Assembly (NCBI GenBank): GCA_001655205.1
Contig: LPNZ01010005.1
Location: 1 to 64,000, forward strand
DNA from: Lenisia limosa
Taxonomy: Eukaryota > Protista > Breviatea
DNA length: 64,000 bases
Direction of reading: 5' to 3'
The number at the start of each line of letters is the position of its first letter. Position 1 is the first letter of the stretch. The position numbers and the translations under genes were made by a program. The notes under the pieces are model-generated. The model saw only the letters and a list, made by a program, of their open reading frames with translations, searched no databases and had not been told where the DNA came from. Positions 21,601 through 32,027 of this stretch are shown piece after piece.

Positions 21601-24600
21601 GCAGGCCATGAAGGTCTTCAAGGTGGACATGCAGCGTGTGGTCCAATGCCAGAGCTTTGCCCGTTGTCTCCTCGCCCGCAAGCTTCTCAAGCGGTAAGTC
21701 CACGCAGACAGTCGTTTCTGATTCCTAGGTTGATTGCCGATAAGCTGAAGTCAGCCGAGCAGCTGGAGCGTGAGGCTGCTGAGCGTGAGGCTGAGCGCGT
21801 GCGTCTGCAGGAGGAGCGTGACCAGGCCCGGGCCTTGGCCAATGCCAAACTCGAGGAAACCAAGGCTAAGAACAGGGAGGCCGCCGCCGCCGCTAAGGTC
21901 TGTGTCTTGTTTCTCTTGTCTCTCTTGTTTGCGTGCTGACGTGTTAGGCCCTCCGTGAGCAGCAACTGCAAGACCTGAAGGAGCTCCAGGAGCAAGAAGA
22001 GGAAATTGCCGCTCTTATTGCAGAGGAAGAGGAGATCTTGAAGGAGGAGGAGAGAGAGCACAAAGCCAAGCTCAAGCTTCAGGCTACCCAGGAGGTGCGC
22101 GGTTGTCGTTGTTGTGGAATATATTTTATCATGAGCACGTAATTGTTTTTTGAGGATATTTGACCTTCCAGGCCGAGGACCGTCGTCGTCAGGAAGAGGA
22201 GGCGCGGCAGCGTGAGGTTGAGGAACGCAAGAAGCGCGAGGAGGAGGAGAGACAGGAGGAGAAGCGCCAGCGCGAGGCTGAGCTGGCACGTGACTTGATT
22301 GCTGAAGAGCTTGCAGCTATGGACGAGGCCAACGGCGGCGAGGAGGAGATTGCCGAGGTCGTGGCCCCAGTTGTACCCGTAGCACCGACCCCGGTGGCTG
22401 AGCCCGACCTTGACGACGAGGAGGACGAGATCCTGGCAATGCTCAACGACGCCATCGAGGGCAAGTCCGAGGAACCCAAGGTTGGCTCATCATATAGTAT
22501 CATTTTCAGTTTTTTTTTTTACCTAGGGCTTCCCTACGGTCCCAAAAAAAGACCAAATCTCGATAAATCCTAGATAAATATCGATATTTGAAAGGTCTTT
22601 TTCGGATCGTATGGAAGCCCTTCATACCCCCCCCCCCNNNNNNNNNNNNNNNNNNNNNNNNNNNNNNNNNNNNNNNCGCCGGGTCTGGTCTAAATCCGTG
22701 AATTCATGTAATTGCTATCCAGTGAATTGGTGGAATTGCAAACCAGTGAATTGATGGAAGATATCCGTGAATTGATTTCATACCATTTAATATCACCATA
22801 TTTTGCTAAAAATATAATCCAATAACCCCCTCACTATTTATTTATTTATTTTATTTTTTTTCTTCCCCTCATTTTCTTCGTTTTTATCCTTTTTATCCCA
22901 CATTATCTCACCTCCCCAGGCTGCTATGCTGCCGCCTCCTCATCTCACCTCCCCAGGCTGCTGTGCTGCCGCCTCCTCCCACGGACCTCCCCCCTCCGCC
23001 GCCTGTCGACGTCAAGACCCCCGAGGTGCCGCAGTCACCCACTCTCGAGACCCCCGTCACCCCCGCAGAGTCAACCGTGGGGGGGGGGGGGGNNNNNNNN
23101 NNNNNNNNNNNNNNNNNNNNNNNNNNNNNNNNNNNNNNTTTTATTTCTCATTGCTATGTTTATTAAGTCCTTTGGGTACGAAAGTTCTTTGAGTATTCTG
23201 TAACACTGTGCAGGATCCTCATGCCCCCATTGTGGAACAGCCGCCACCAGCGCCGGCTCTGAAGCGCCCCCCTCAACTCCGTACTTTGCGCCTTGCCCAG
23301 CGCAGCCGTGCCTCCCTCCTTACGCTCGAGTCGCTGGAGGGCGCATCGTCACCCCGCACGCCCCGGTACGTGCAATGCTTTATGTCTTGGTGTGACCATA
23401 CAGTCTCAGCAACAGTGGCAGCATTCTCCTGCAGCCCGACACCAAGCCCGAGGCTCACCACGACATCCACGCATACATCAGCGACCACGCCTCTAAACGG
23501 TTCCTCCGCACCATGGTTGACGGCAAGGCCGTTTTCAGCCCCACAATCCTTGGTTGGCTCTGGGAGGTTACGTTATGTCGTTTGTAGCAGTCAGCAATGC
23601 CTTTAACACTTGTAGGCCACTCTATCATGGTCATGCCGAACCCCAAGTTCGACGCCGTGTGCCAGGAGGTCTATCTCAACATCCTGAAGTTCCTCGGCTG
23701 TGTTGAGGTGCGGTCTTGCCATCTTGTTTTTTTCGCGTTATGACTTCATGAAGTCAGAGTTGAGTTCTTTCACATGTCACCCTACAGGTCAACATCAAGC
23801 GTGAACAGCCGCTTCACTTCATCCGTGCCATCACAAGCCGCTGCATTGCCCTTCCCGGCATCCGAGCCGAGGCCTACGCCGCCACGGTCAAACAGGTCGG
23901 CGCTGCTTCTTTTTTTGTTTCCAGACCTGCAGTATTGACAGTGTAGATCACGGCGTGCAGCAACGCTGAGACCAAGGCCAAGGCATGGACGCTCATGGCC
24001 ATCATGACGGGGTGCTTCCCTCCCCCCGAGGACATGACCAACTACCTCAAGGACTTCTTCAGTGACGAGCTCAAGGTAAACTTTATCCTTGCCTTCATAC
24101 AGCCTTTTAATTTTCCACTTCCGACTGTTCCTTCCGCTTGTGTTGATTGACATAGGTCGCCCCCAACGACGTTATCAAGCGCTGTGTCAAGCGTCTCGAA
24201 AGGACCCTCATCAATGGCTCCAGGGCCGGCCCACCCTCACCCATGGAAGTTGCCGCCCTCATGGCCAACAAGCCCATTGTCATCCGTGTCAAGCTTAGTG
24301 ACGGCTCTTGCAAGGTGGGCTTCGCAGTCCTCTTCTGTGGCAATGTGTCTCTGAAATTTCTCATCTTCATACATGTATATTTTGTAATTTTGTGACTTTG
24401 GCACCCCCCCCCCCCNNNNNNNNNNNNNNNNNNNNNNNNNNNNNNNNNNNNNNNNNNNNNNNNNNNNNNNNNNNNNNNNNNNNNNNNNNNNNNNNNNNNN
24501 NNNNCCATGCACCAGATGATGGACCTCAACGACGGCTACGGCTTCGGCCTGGCCGTGGCCTACAGCGGCATCGAGTTCGGCCTCAAGCCCGAGGAGCACG

Positions 24601-27600
24601 TGCTGGACGCCATTTCACGCCAGCTGCCCGAGGTTGAGTCCCCCGTCCCCCAGATTGAGGACAAGAAGGACAAGAAGAAGAAGAAGAAGGCCGCCACCGC
24701 TGAGGTTTGTCCTGTCCTGTCTCTATTCCAAGATGAGGATTTTTTATTATTATTATTATTTTTTACTGGTGTAGCCTGTCCGCAAGCCTGTTGCTGTGGA
24801 GTTCTCCTTCAAGAAGGTGCTGTACTTGCCCCGCGAGAGTGTCAAGGACGAGCGCGCGGTTCTCTTCATGTACTTCCAGGTAGGACGCATATTACAACCT
24901 TACCCTATTAGGAAGTTGCCAAGTTAGACGCCGGGTATTACAATGACGTTGCCGGCGCGGCCCTTGTGAGACGGCTCATTGCGCTGCGCCACCGCGTGTC
25001 CAGCGGCATGGACTCCTACGACTTCAACGTCAAGGCCAAGGATGACTGGATCCATCTCATCCCCGAGGCCATCAGACCCTCCATCAAGCTCCAGGTCTGT
25101 TTCACTTGCTTGCTAACTGGACCCTTTGATGCGTCTCATTCCGCAGGAGTGGCAGCAGCAGCTGTCTCGAGCCTACTCCGACGACGCTGGTCTCACCCCC
25201 CACCAGGTCCGCATGGGGAACTTAATTGGATGTGCTTTGATCAATATTTTGTGTAGACGTGATGGTGTGGACGGCTTTGATCAATATTTTGTATAGACGT
25301 GATGGTGGGGGGCTTTGTCTACCTCTCATTGCATATACTCAGGCATGTCCTATTCCTTGACCGCCCAGGCCCGCAGCGCGTTCATCAAGAGTGCCCGTAA
25401 GTTCCCTCTTTCGCCTGTCACTGTGTTCCCTGCCGTCAACCCCGTGCCCAACGACAGCGTCCAGCACCGCTACGTTTCAGTCTGCATCGGACTCCGCACA
25501 ATGCACTTCGTCACCACCACCGACAAGGCTCTCATCAAGTCCTTCCCCACACACCAGATCAAGAGCGTGGCCTTCAACCCCACCACCGTTACAATCAAGG
25601 TTGGTCTCTTTGGTTCAACGCTTTAATTATATTTGTTTTCCACATCAAATACACAACCTTCCTGCTCACGGATTAGGTTAAGAAGCAAGGCAAGTTCAAC
25701 TTCCTGACTGCACAAGGAGGCGCCATTGCCTCTCTCGTGGCGTCGTACCTCGACCTGCTGCGTATGGAGTCCAAGCACGTTGTTGCTCTCGAGGACAACG
25801 AGATGGAGGGCGAAGAGGTCTGTTCGGCTTACATACGCACAACGATTTATTTCGCCTTACCTCACACTTCCAGGGCATGCTTTCCTTCAAGAGGGGAGAC
25901 ATCATCGACATTCTTGAGAAGGACGCGCAGGGCTGGTACCGCGGCAGCATTGAGAGCGCCAGCGGCTGGTTCCCGGGCGACATGGTACAGACTCTTGTCG
26001 GGCCGCCCGGCAGGGAGGTTGCTGATGTAAGCCCTGCCTTCCATTGCCAATGTCATGTCTTGCAACACTCACGCACCCCATAGGAGGTGCTTGCCGACTT
26101 TGAGAAGAAGAAGCGCAAGGCCGAGGAAGCCGCGACCGGTGAGGAGAAGAAGCCGAAAAAGGAGAAGGATGCTGCTAAGAGTGTTGTTACATCTCCCAAT
26201 GAGGTTTGTTACCAGTTCCGCTTTATTCTGTTTCTGTCATCCATTTCACAGCGCCAGCATTCATTCGCCAAGTACGCCGAGGCCTGCTACCGCCCCACCA
26301 AGGACATCTTTAAGAAGAAGGCTAAGGACGAGGACAGAATTTCTTTCTCAAAGCACATGCTCAAGGTACACCTATTCCGCTAGCCCCCAATACCATTGTG
26401 TTGTCAACAGATAACCCTCCCAGAACTCGCTGCATGTCATTGAGGACCTCAAGAAGGTGGAAGTCGCCCTCAACGTCAACAACTGTAAGTGCGGCATCCC
26501 GCTGAGTGTTTATTTGTTGTGATGAGGGTGGTCCTGGAATACCTGGCTACACTCTCGGACGGCTGTGGATACATGGACAAGAAACTGACGATTCCAGCCA
26601 TTATGCAGTACATGGGAGACCTTCGCCGCGTTGAGTCGGTGTCTCTGACCCAGCTCATCACCTCCATCATCCGTGTCGGCATCCTCGGCACTGAGCAGAT
26701 CAGGGACGAAATCTTCTGCCAGGTATGATGCAAAAGTCGAAAATTCCACATGTAGTTCAGGAGGCTTGGATCCGCCTTCCTCACACATGTAGCTCCTGAA
26801 GCAGATCACCAACAACCCCAAGGAGGCTTCAGTCGTTGCGGGGTGGGATCTTCTCCTCCTCTGCCTGTCTTCCTTCGTGCCTTCCAACACCCTTGCTCCC
26901 GTCATCAAGAGTTACCTTGAGAACGTCCATGACAAGGTCAACAAGCTTGCTCGTAAGCTTTTCTCTTGTAGTCACTTTTTTCATACCCTTGTGTGTGTCT
27001 CAATTTGTGGCCATTTTACGACTAACACCTCAGTTCGTCGTCTCAACCGGTCGCTGCAGAACGGCCCTCGTAAGACCACCCCCCAGCTCACCGAGGTTGC
27101 CGCCCTCAAGTCTCGCCGCCCCCTGCTCATCCCAATCCGCCTCCTGGATGGCACTCAGCTGAAGATCGAAGCCGACTCGTCCTCCACTGCCAAAGAGGTC
27201 CGTCACCATCTCTTGGTTTTGTCTACTCCCGCATTTCTCTGACCCGTCAGATCATTGCCAGCTGTATGAAGAAGGCCGGTCTTGGCGGCGCCTCGGGCTT
27301 CGGCCTCCTCGCCTCCTACGTCGACAAGCGCAACAAGGTCGGTTGCCTAGGGTCTTTCCGTTGAGATGACACTTCAATGTTGTGCCTTCCTCACGGTTCA
27401 GGAGTCCAATGATGTTGAAGTGACTATCCCTGAGAACGCCTATGTTCTTGACATCATGTCACGTGCTCTCAACCGCAAGGGCCTCTCCACCGTGGTCTTC
27501 ACTTTCGTCAAGAGCGTGAGGGGGTATGTTATATAGTATATCGTCTTCTGTATCTTGTGGTGTCAGGATGGCTTTGCTTGTGTTTTATTCCGGCAGTCCT

Positions 27601-28776
27601 ACAAGCCCGGGGAGAACCCGATGCAAGCGCCTTCTGCCGTTCAGAAGCTGATGTACTACCAGGTTGGCCCCCGTTGTCACATCCCTCTTCCCCTTTAATG
27701 ACATGGGACTGAATGTTGTTTCTCCTCTGACAACCCAGGCCGGCCACCACTTCCTCCGCGGAGAGTTCCAGGTGGACGGACAGGCCCTTCACGCCCTCGC
27801 CGCCGTCCATCACAAGCTCACCACCCGCAACCCTCCCCAGGTTAGTCCTTCCCTTATTGCTTCAGGACTACAACATGTTGTCTACGTATTTTCTAACCCA
27901 TTAAATGTTAAGCCAGCAAGTTTATTTATTTTGATTACTTCCTTTTTTGGGGGGTTGTTATATTTCACAAGTTCCCATGTTACCCCCTCCCCCCACCGAC
28001 TGGCGGTCTGGGCTTTGTTTGTTTTGTNNNNNNNNNNNNNNNNNNNNNNNNNNNNNNNNNNNNNNNNNNNNNNNNNNNNNNNNNNNNNNNNNNNNNNNNN
28101 NNNNNNNNNNNNNNNNNNNNNNNNNNNNNNNNNNNNNNNNNNNNNNNNNNNNNNNNNNNNNNGTCTATCCTGAGGTGAGGCAAAACGGTGTTTATCAGGC
28201 CAAAGCCTTGATGATTGGAAGGAACTGACCTCTCAGGGCGTCGCTCGTGGAGGCAACTGGGCAACCGTCTTCGCTGAGGCCTGGGAGAAGCTGTGTAGTG
28301 ATCCTGCCGCCACAGTGACCAGCCTCAGACAGACGTTCCTGAAACTGTGCATGAGCCTGCCTCTGTGGGGCGCAGGCTTCTTCTACGTCAACAACACAGT
28401 GGTGCCAAGCCTTCCGGAGACCGTCCTTATCACCGTCTTCAGCCAAGGCCTCATCGTGGGTTGATATTATGCTTGCTTCCAAATAGTCCGAAGAGACTGT
28501 CTTGTAGCCACCCCCCTGACGGCTTAGTTCTCGAACGCCTTCAGCATGAAGCGCTGCGCCATGTTCAGCTACGGTGACCTTGTCAGCACCTCCCCTTCGC
28601 CCACCTCCATCGCACTCACGTTCGGCAACTTGATGAACAAAACTCAAGTACGGGCTACTCATTTTCGCTGCCATTTTCCTCCATTCTTTGAGCAATCCTT
28701 GACGTCGCAGGTACTCTTTGAGACAAGTGAGTCAAAGGAGATTATCGCTTCCGTCCACCGTTACGCTAAAAAGTAG
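15640..28776 (+). CDS. Unconventional MyTH4-FERM myosin (class VII/XXII type): SH3-like, motor, ~9 IQ, SAH, Pro-rich, MyTH4-FERM-SH3-MyTH4-FERM; >40 introns
   Basis: P-loop GESGAGKTE (~16598-16626); [30 protein letters not shown]; [28 protein letters not shown]; [12 protein letters not shown]; [10 protein letters not shown]; [19 protein letters not shown]; SH3 exon [22 protein letters not shown]; MyTH4 exon [17 protein letters not shown]...[15 protein letters not shown]. Stop TAG 28774-28776. First exon is probably the ATG alone (15640-42). Confidence 0.95.
18384..18434 (-). tRNA. tRNA-Pro(AGG), 3' two-thirds visible (5' end lost in N gap), antisense within a myosin intron
   Basis: Reverse complement reads GATT-CTCGC-TT-AGG-GT-GCGAG-AGGTC-CCGGG-ATCGATC-CCCGG-ATGACCC-C followed by a T-run (Pol III terminator). 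Anticodon at 18421-18423. Confidence 0.88.
18445..19560 (+). mobile_element. Unclassified decayed coding insertion in the myosin intron, immediately 5' of the tRNA gene
   Basis: GC/pyrimidine-rich block in the 1.38-kb intron 18249-19628. One reading frame runs ~230 codons (18459-~19140) with two internal stops. Internal ~98-bp direct repeat at 18888-18986 and 19120-19216. No transposase or RT motif recognised. Confidence 0.4.
22526..22620. mobile_element. 95-bp fold-back element / miniature MITE in a myosin intron
   Basis: GGGCTTCCCTACGGTCCCAAAAAAAGACC-AAATCTCGATA ... TATCGATATTT-GAAA-GGTCTTTTTCGGATCGTATGGAAGCCC; almost the whole element pairs with itself. No clear TSD. Confidence 0.65.
22906..22979 (+). 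repeat. 37-bp tandem duplication spanning a 3' splice site
   Basis: TCTCACCTCCCCAG|GCTGCT(A/G)TGCTGCCGCCTCCTC(A/C) occurs twice; only the second acceptor (exon from 22957) keeps the myosin frame. Confidence 0.9.
25234..25313. repeat. 40-bp tandem duplication in a myosin intron
   Basis: GCTTTGATCAATATTTTGT(G/A)TAGACGTGATGGTG occurs twice with 40-nt period. Confidence 0.9.
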
Positions 28777-29287
28777 ATTAGTATTTATTGTTTATGTCTG
28801 AAGTGTGTAGTGGATCAATTCATATAGCTAGTCAAAAAGGAAGTCCCCCCCCCCCNNNNNNNNNNNNNNNNNNNNNNNNNNNNNNNNNNNNNNNNNNNNN
28901 NNNNNNNNNNNNNNNNNNNNNNNNNNNNNNNNNNNNNNNNNNNNNNNNNNNNNNNNNNNNNNNNNAGAATCACCGAAGAGAGGCGGACCATGGAGGGTAG
29001 AACTATTCAACCATGCTAGGAAAAAATGCACTAGAAATTTACCAGAAATGAAGAAAAAAACCAAAATTCAAAATTTCTCCATCCAACTACACTGTTCGCC
29101 ACCATGGGGTGTGTGGTCTTGCTTATACTACCCATGTTCGCCCCTTTACTCCCATACATATACATACCCCACCACCTCCAAACCCAATCATTTGCAGCAA
29201 CAAAACACAAACTGTTGTAGTTGTGGGAGGGGGTTCTTCGTTCTTCCAGTCTCTTTATTATTTTTTGTCTCAACCGAATAGACAGTT

Positions 29288-31906
29288 ATGTTGAATCCAA
29301 CGGAAAGGGATGCGGAGAGTGATGCAGAGGGTCTAGCAGTTTCCCTTGCCGTTGCCGCCCAACAAGGCGTTGTAGGTGGTTTGAGAGAGCGCTGTTCTTT
29401 GAATCATCATGTTATCATTAATTCCATATAAATCCATACAATGGAATGTTAATTATTGTAGTCGACATATGAGGCTGCCTCCAGAGCAAACTCATGGTGG
29501 AAGACCAGGCAGAAGTTTCATGGTCAGGGGGGGGGGGGATCATTTTCANNNNNNNNNNNNNNNNNNNNNNNNNNNNNNNNNNNNNNNNNNNNNNNNNNNN
29601 NNNNNNNNNNNTGATATGATACCTCATCCACTCGTGTGATAATTGACCCTGCTGATAAATTGTTCATCATTTCGACTCAAAAGTCGGTCATAACGGCTTT
29701 AGCATTAAAGTCCTCAATTAACGACTTTACCCCCAGTCCCTTAATCAAAGGACTGCACCACATCACCCGGTCTCCAAAAGCAAAAGAGTATGTGATTGAT
29801 CATTGTTTGTTTCCCTAAAATCATGGAGAAAAAAGGTTGTGAAAAGATTAAGTACACCTTCAGACTTTGGATATTTATAATTATTGTGAGATTAATTCAT
29901 ATCCAGTCATATATCAAATTACTTCGGATGAACCCTCGCGTTACCTTCTTTCATCATGTCAAGACTAAGAGCAATTATTTTACTCATTTTCAAACCGACA
30001 ATATCAGAAAAATAAATGAAAGCAAAACGTTAATGCTGCAGTCTAATGGAGCCGATTGCCAGTGTGACATGGGCATCTTTCGCAGTTCTGGTTCGAATAT
30101 CGTCCACACAAGACGTTATCACTTCACTGGTTGGCCAGATGACGCACTTATTGTCCAGCCCTTCACCCCGCACTGCACACATGAACACTCTTCAGTCCTC
30201 CACGACCTGTGCTGCTATGTACTGACAGAAGCAAAACCGGCGGTGTCTACGGTTTGGGGGGGTATTCAACAAAGTTGTAGGTCCCTTCTGCGTGGTTACA
30301 TTTTAGAAACATCAGGGTTGGTTTGACCTGGACTGCCAAAGTATCCGTCGAAGCTTTGGCTGTGAACCAAAAGCTGTTTCACCCTTGCTCCGAGTGGCCC
30401 ATCATGGATCTGTTGGTCTAACTGGGTTGTTGTCACCTCACAGATGCATAACGAACTCCTGCCGAAACGGCCGAGAAAATCGCAGCCTTCCGAGGCACCA
30501 AGCTCACAATCCTCAGTAGCCGTGTATGTAGTGGGATTGATAATGTGTCACATATCCTTTCCATCTCATCGTATAGTTCCGTTGCTGAGGAATCTGATGA
30601 GAAGCTACCCGAAATACCTGAAGGGACAAGAAGAACGGTTACCGACTTACTCAAAGACATCGAGTATGACTTCTTGTCTCAGGGTTGTGTTTACTTCTTA
30701 GGTCTGACTTTGCCAAAAAAGAGTCTTATTCAAACCTTGTCTCCCATTTTCCTCTCGCTCTTCCACTGGTGAGATATTGTGGCATGTCTCCGAGCAGGAC
30801 AGTGTTTATTTTTTTCAGGTGCAGTCCCTTCCCGATTCGGCGTATGCAGCACTCAAGACGGCGATCATCTCCGCCAAAATGAAATCGTCAGAACTCTCAG
30901 AAGTTCTCTCACACATCTTCTTTGAAAGGGTGGGCAGGTCGTCGATTGCTCACGTGCAGATGAAAAGCAGTGACACGTTGCCTCGCGATATGGCCGAATG
31001 TTTGATTGCGTTCTGTAATGTTTATCCGTCTCTGGTTGTGAGGTCCGTTTTAGCTCCTCTCGTCAAGGTGTCCTCCCATAAAATTGTTGTGAGTGGAATA
31101 TGTGACAACATTATTTCTCATTTGACAGGGCACAACAGTGTCAAAGACAATGGCAGTGTTACCCGGACCCTCAGCTGCATCTTTAGTGGATGCGGCTCTA
31201 TCTGTAAAAGTGGGAGGGTTCTTGAAGCCTTGTTAGATGATGGATATTTGATAGTTATGGTCGAAGTCAGTGTATGTGATAGTCTTGGTCGAAGTCAGTT
31301 TATTAAGTATAAACCACACAGGTCACATTTTGCTACGTTTCTTTATGGTTCGACCGATCCAGATTTTAGTTTTATTCTCACTATGCCCCTTCCAACCCTC
31401 ATCTATCAATTCCCACTATGCCCCTTCCAACCCTCATCTATCAATTCCCCAAATTAATATGATATTTGTCAGTCTTGATTCATACTCAATGCAAGAATCA
31501 TTTGTTCATGTTTTACTCCTGTAGCTTACCCCTTGTATTGTTGTCATTTTGTCAACAGCAATTAAACAAAAGGTTTGGTTGGGTTTGACATACATATTGT
31601 CTTGGTCGTATTTCATCATAAGGTAATAAATACTCCAGGTTCCGAAGCAAGCCTTTGCCTCAGTTGGTGCATGCTTAATCAAAGTTGAAAAAGAGGCGAA
31701 GTATGGGAATTTGTTATTTCACGCATTAGATCCACAATTCCATTTGCCCAACTTGTGATCTCGTTATGTAAGTACTGTCCTGAACATCTTCTCAGTTATC
31801 AGGTTCGCTATTTGTTCTGCTTACTGTTTAGGATGGGCTTTTGGAGTTATCTAGCTCTTGTAAGATGTCCAAAGCAGTTCTCAAATCGGTAAAAGCTCTC
31901 AAGTAA
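29288..31906 (+). CDS. FANCE: Fanconi anaemia group E-like protein (5' extent uncertain)
   Basis: C-terminal exons LSEVLSHIFFER-MKSSDTLPRDMAECLIAFCNVYPSLVVRSVLAPLVK and STIPFAQLVISLCKYCPEHLLSYQ-DGLLELSSSCKMSKAVLKSVKALK* resemble FANCE [22 protein letters not shown] and SMKFAKLMLTVMTKY...LRKSLKAAL. An upstream exon LALPSFIMSRLRAIILLIFKPTISE resembles [24 protein letters not shown]. Confidence 0.62.
31245..31449. repeat. Two short tandem duplications (~28 bp x2 and ~36 bp x2) in or near a FANCE-like intron
   Basis: GATAGT(TA/CT)TGGTCGAAGTCAGT x2 (~31248-31300) and ACTATGCCCCTTCCAACCCTCATCTATCAATTCCC x2 (~31380-31449). Confidence 0.8.
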
Positions 31907-32027
31907 TTATCCTACATGAATGGAATTATTTTTTCATTTAAGCAATCAAGAAAATGTGAAGCACTTCCAATAAACTTATTAATATACATTATATTTATAT
32001 ATATACCCAAGAAACATCAAAACAACA

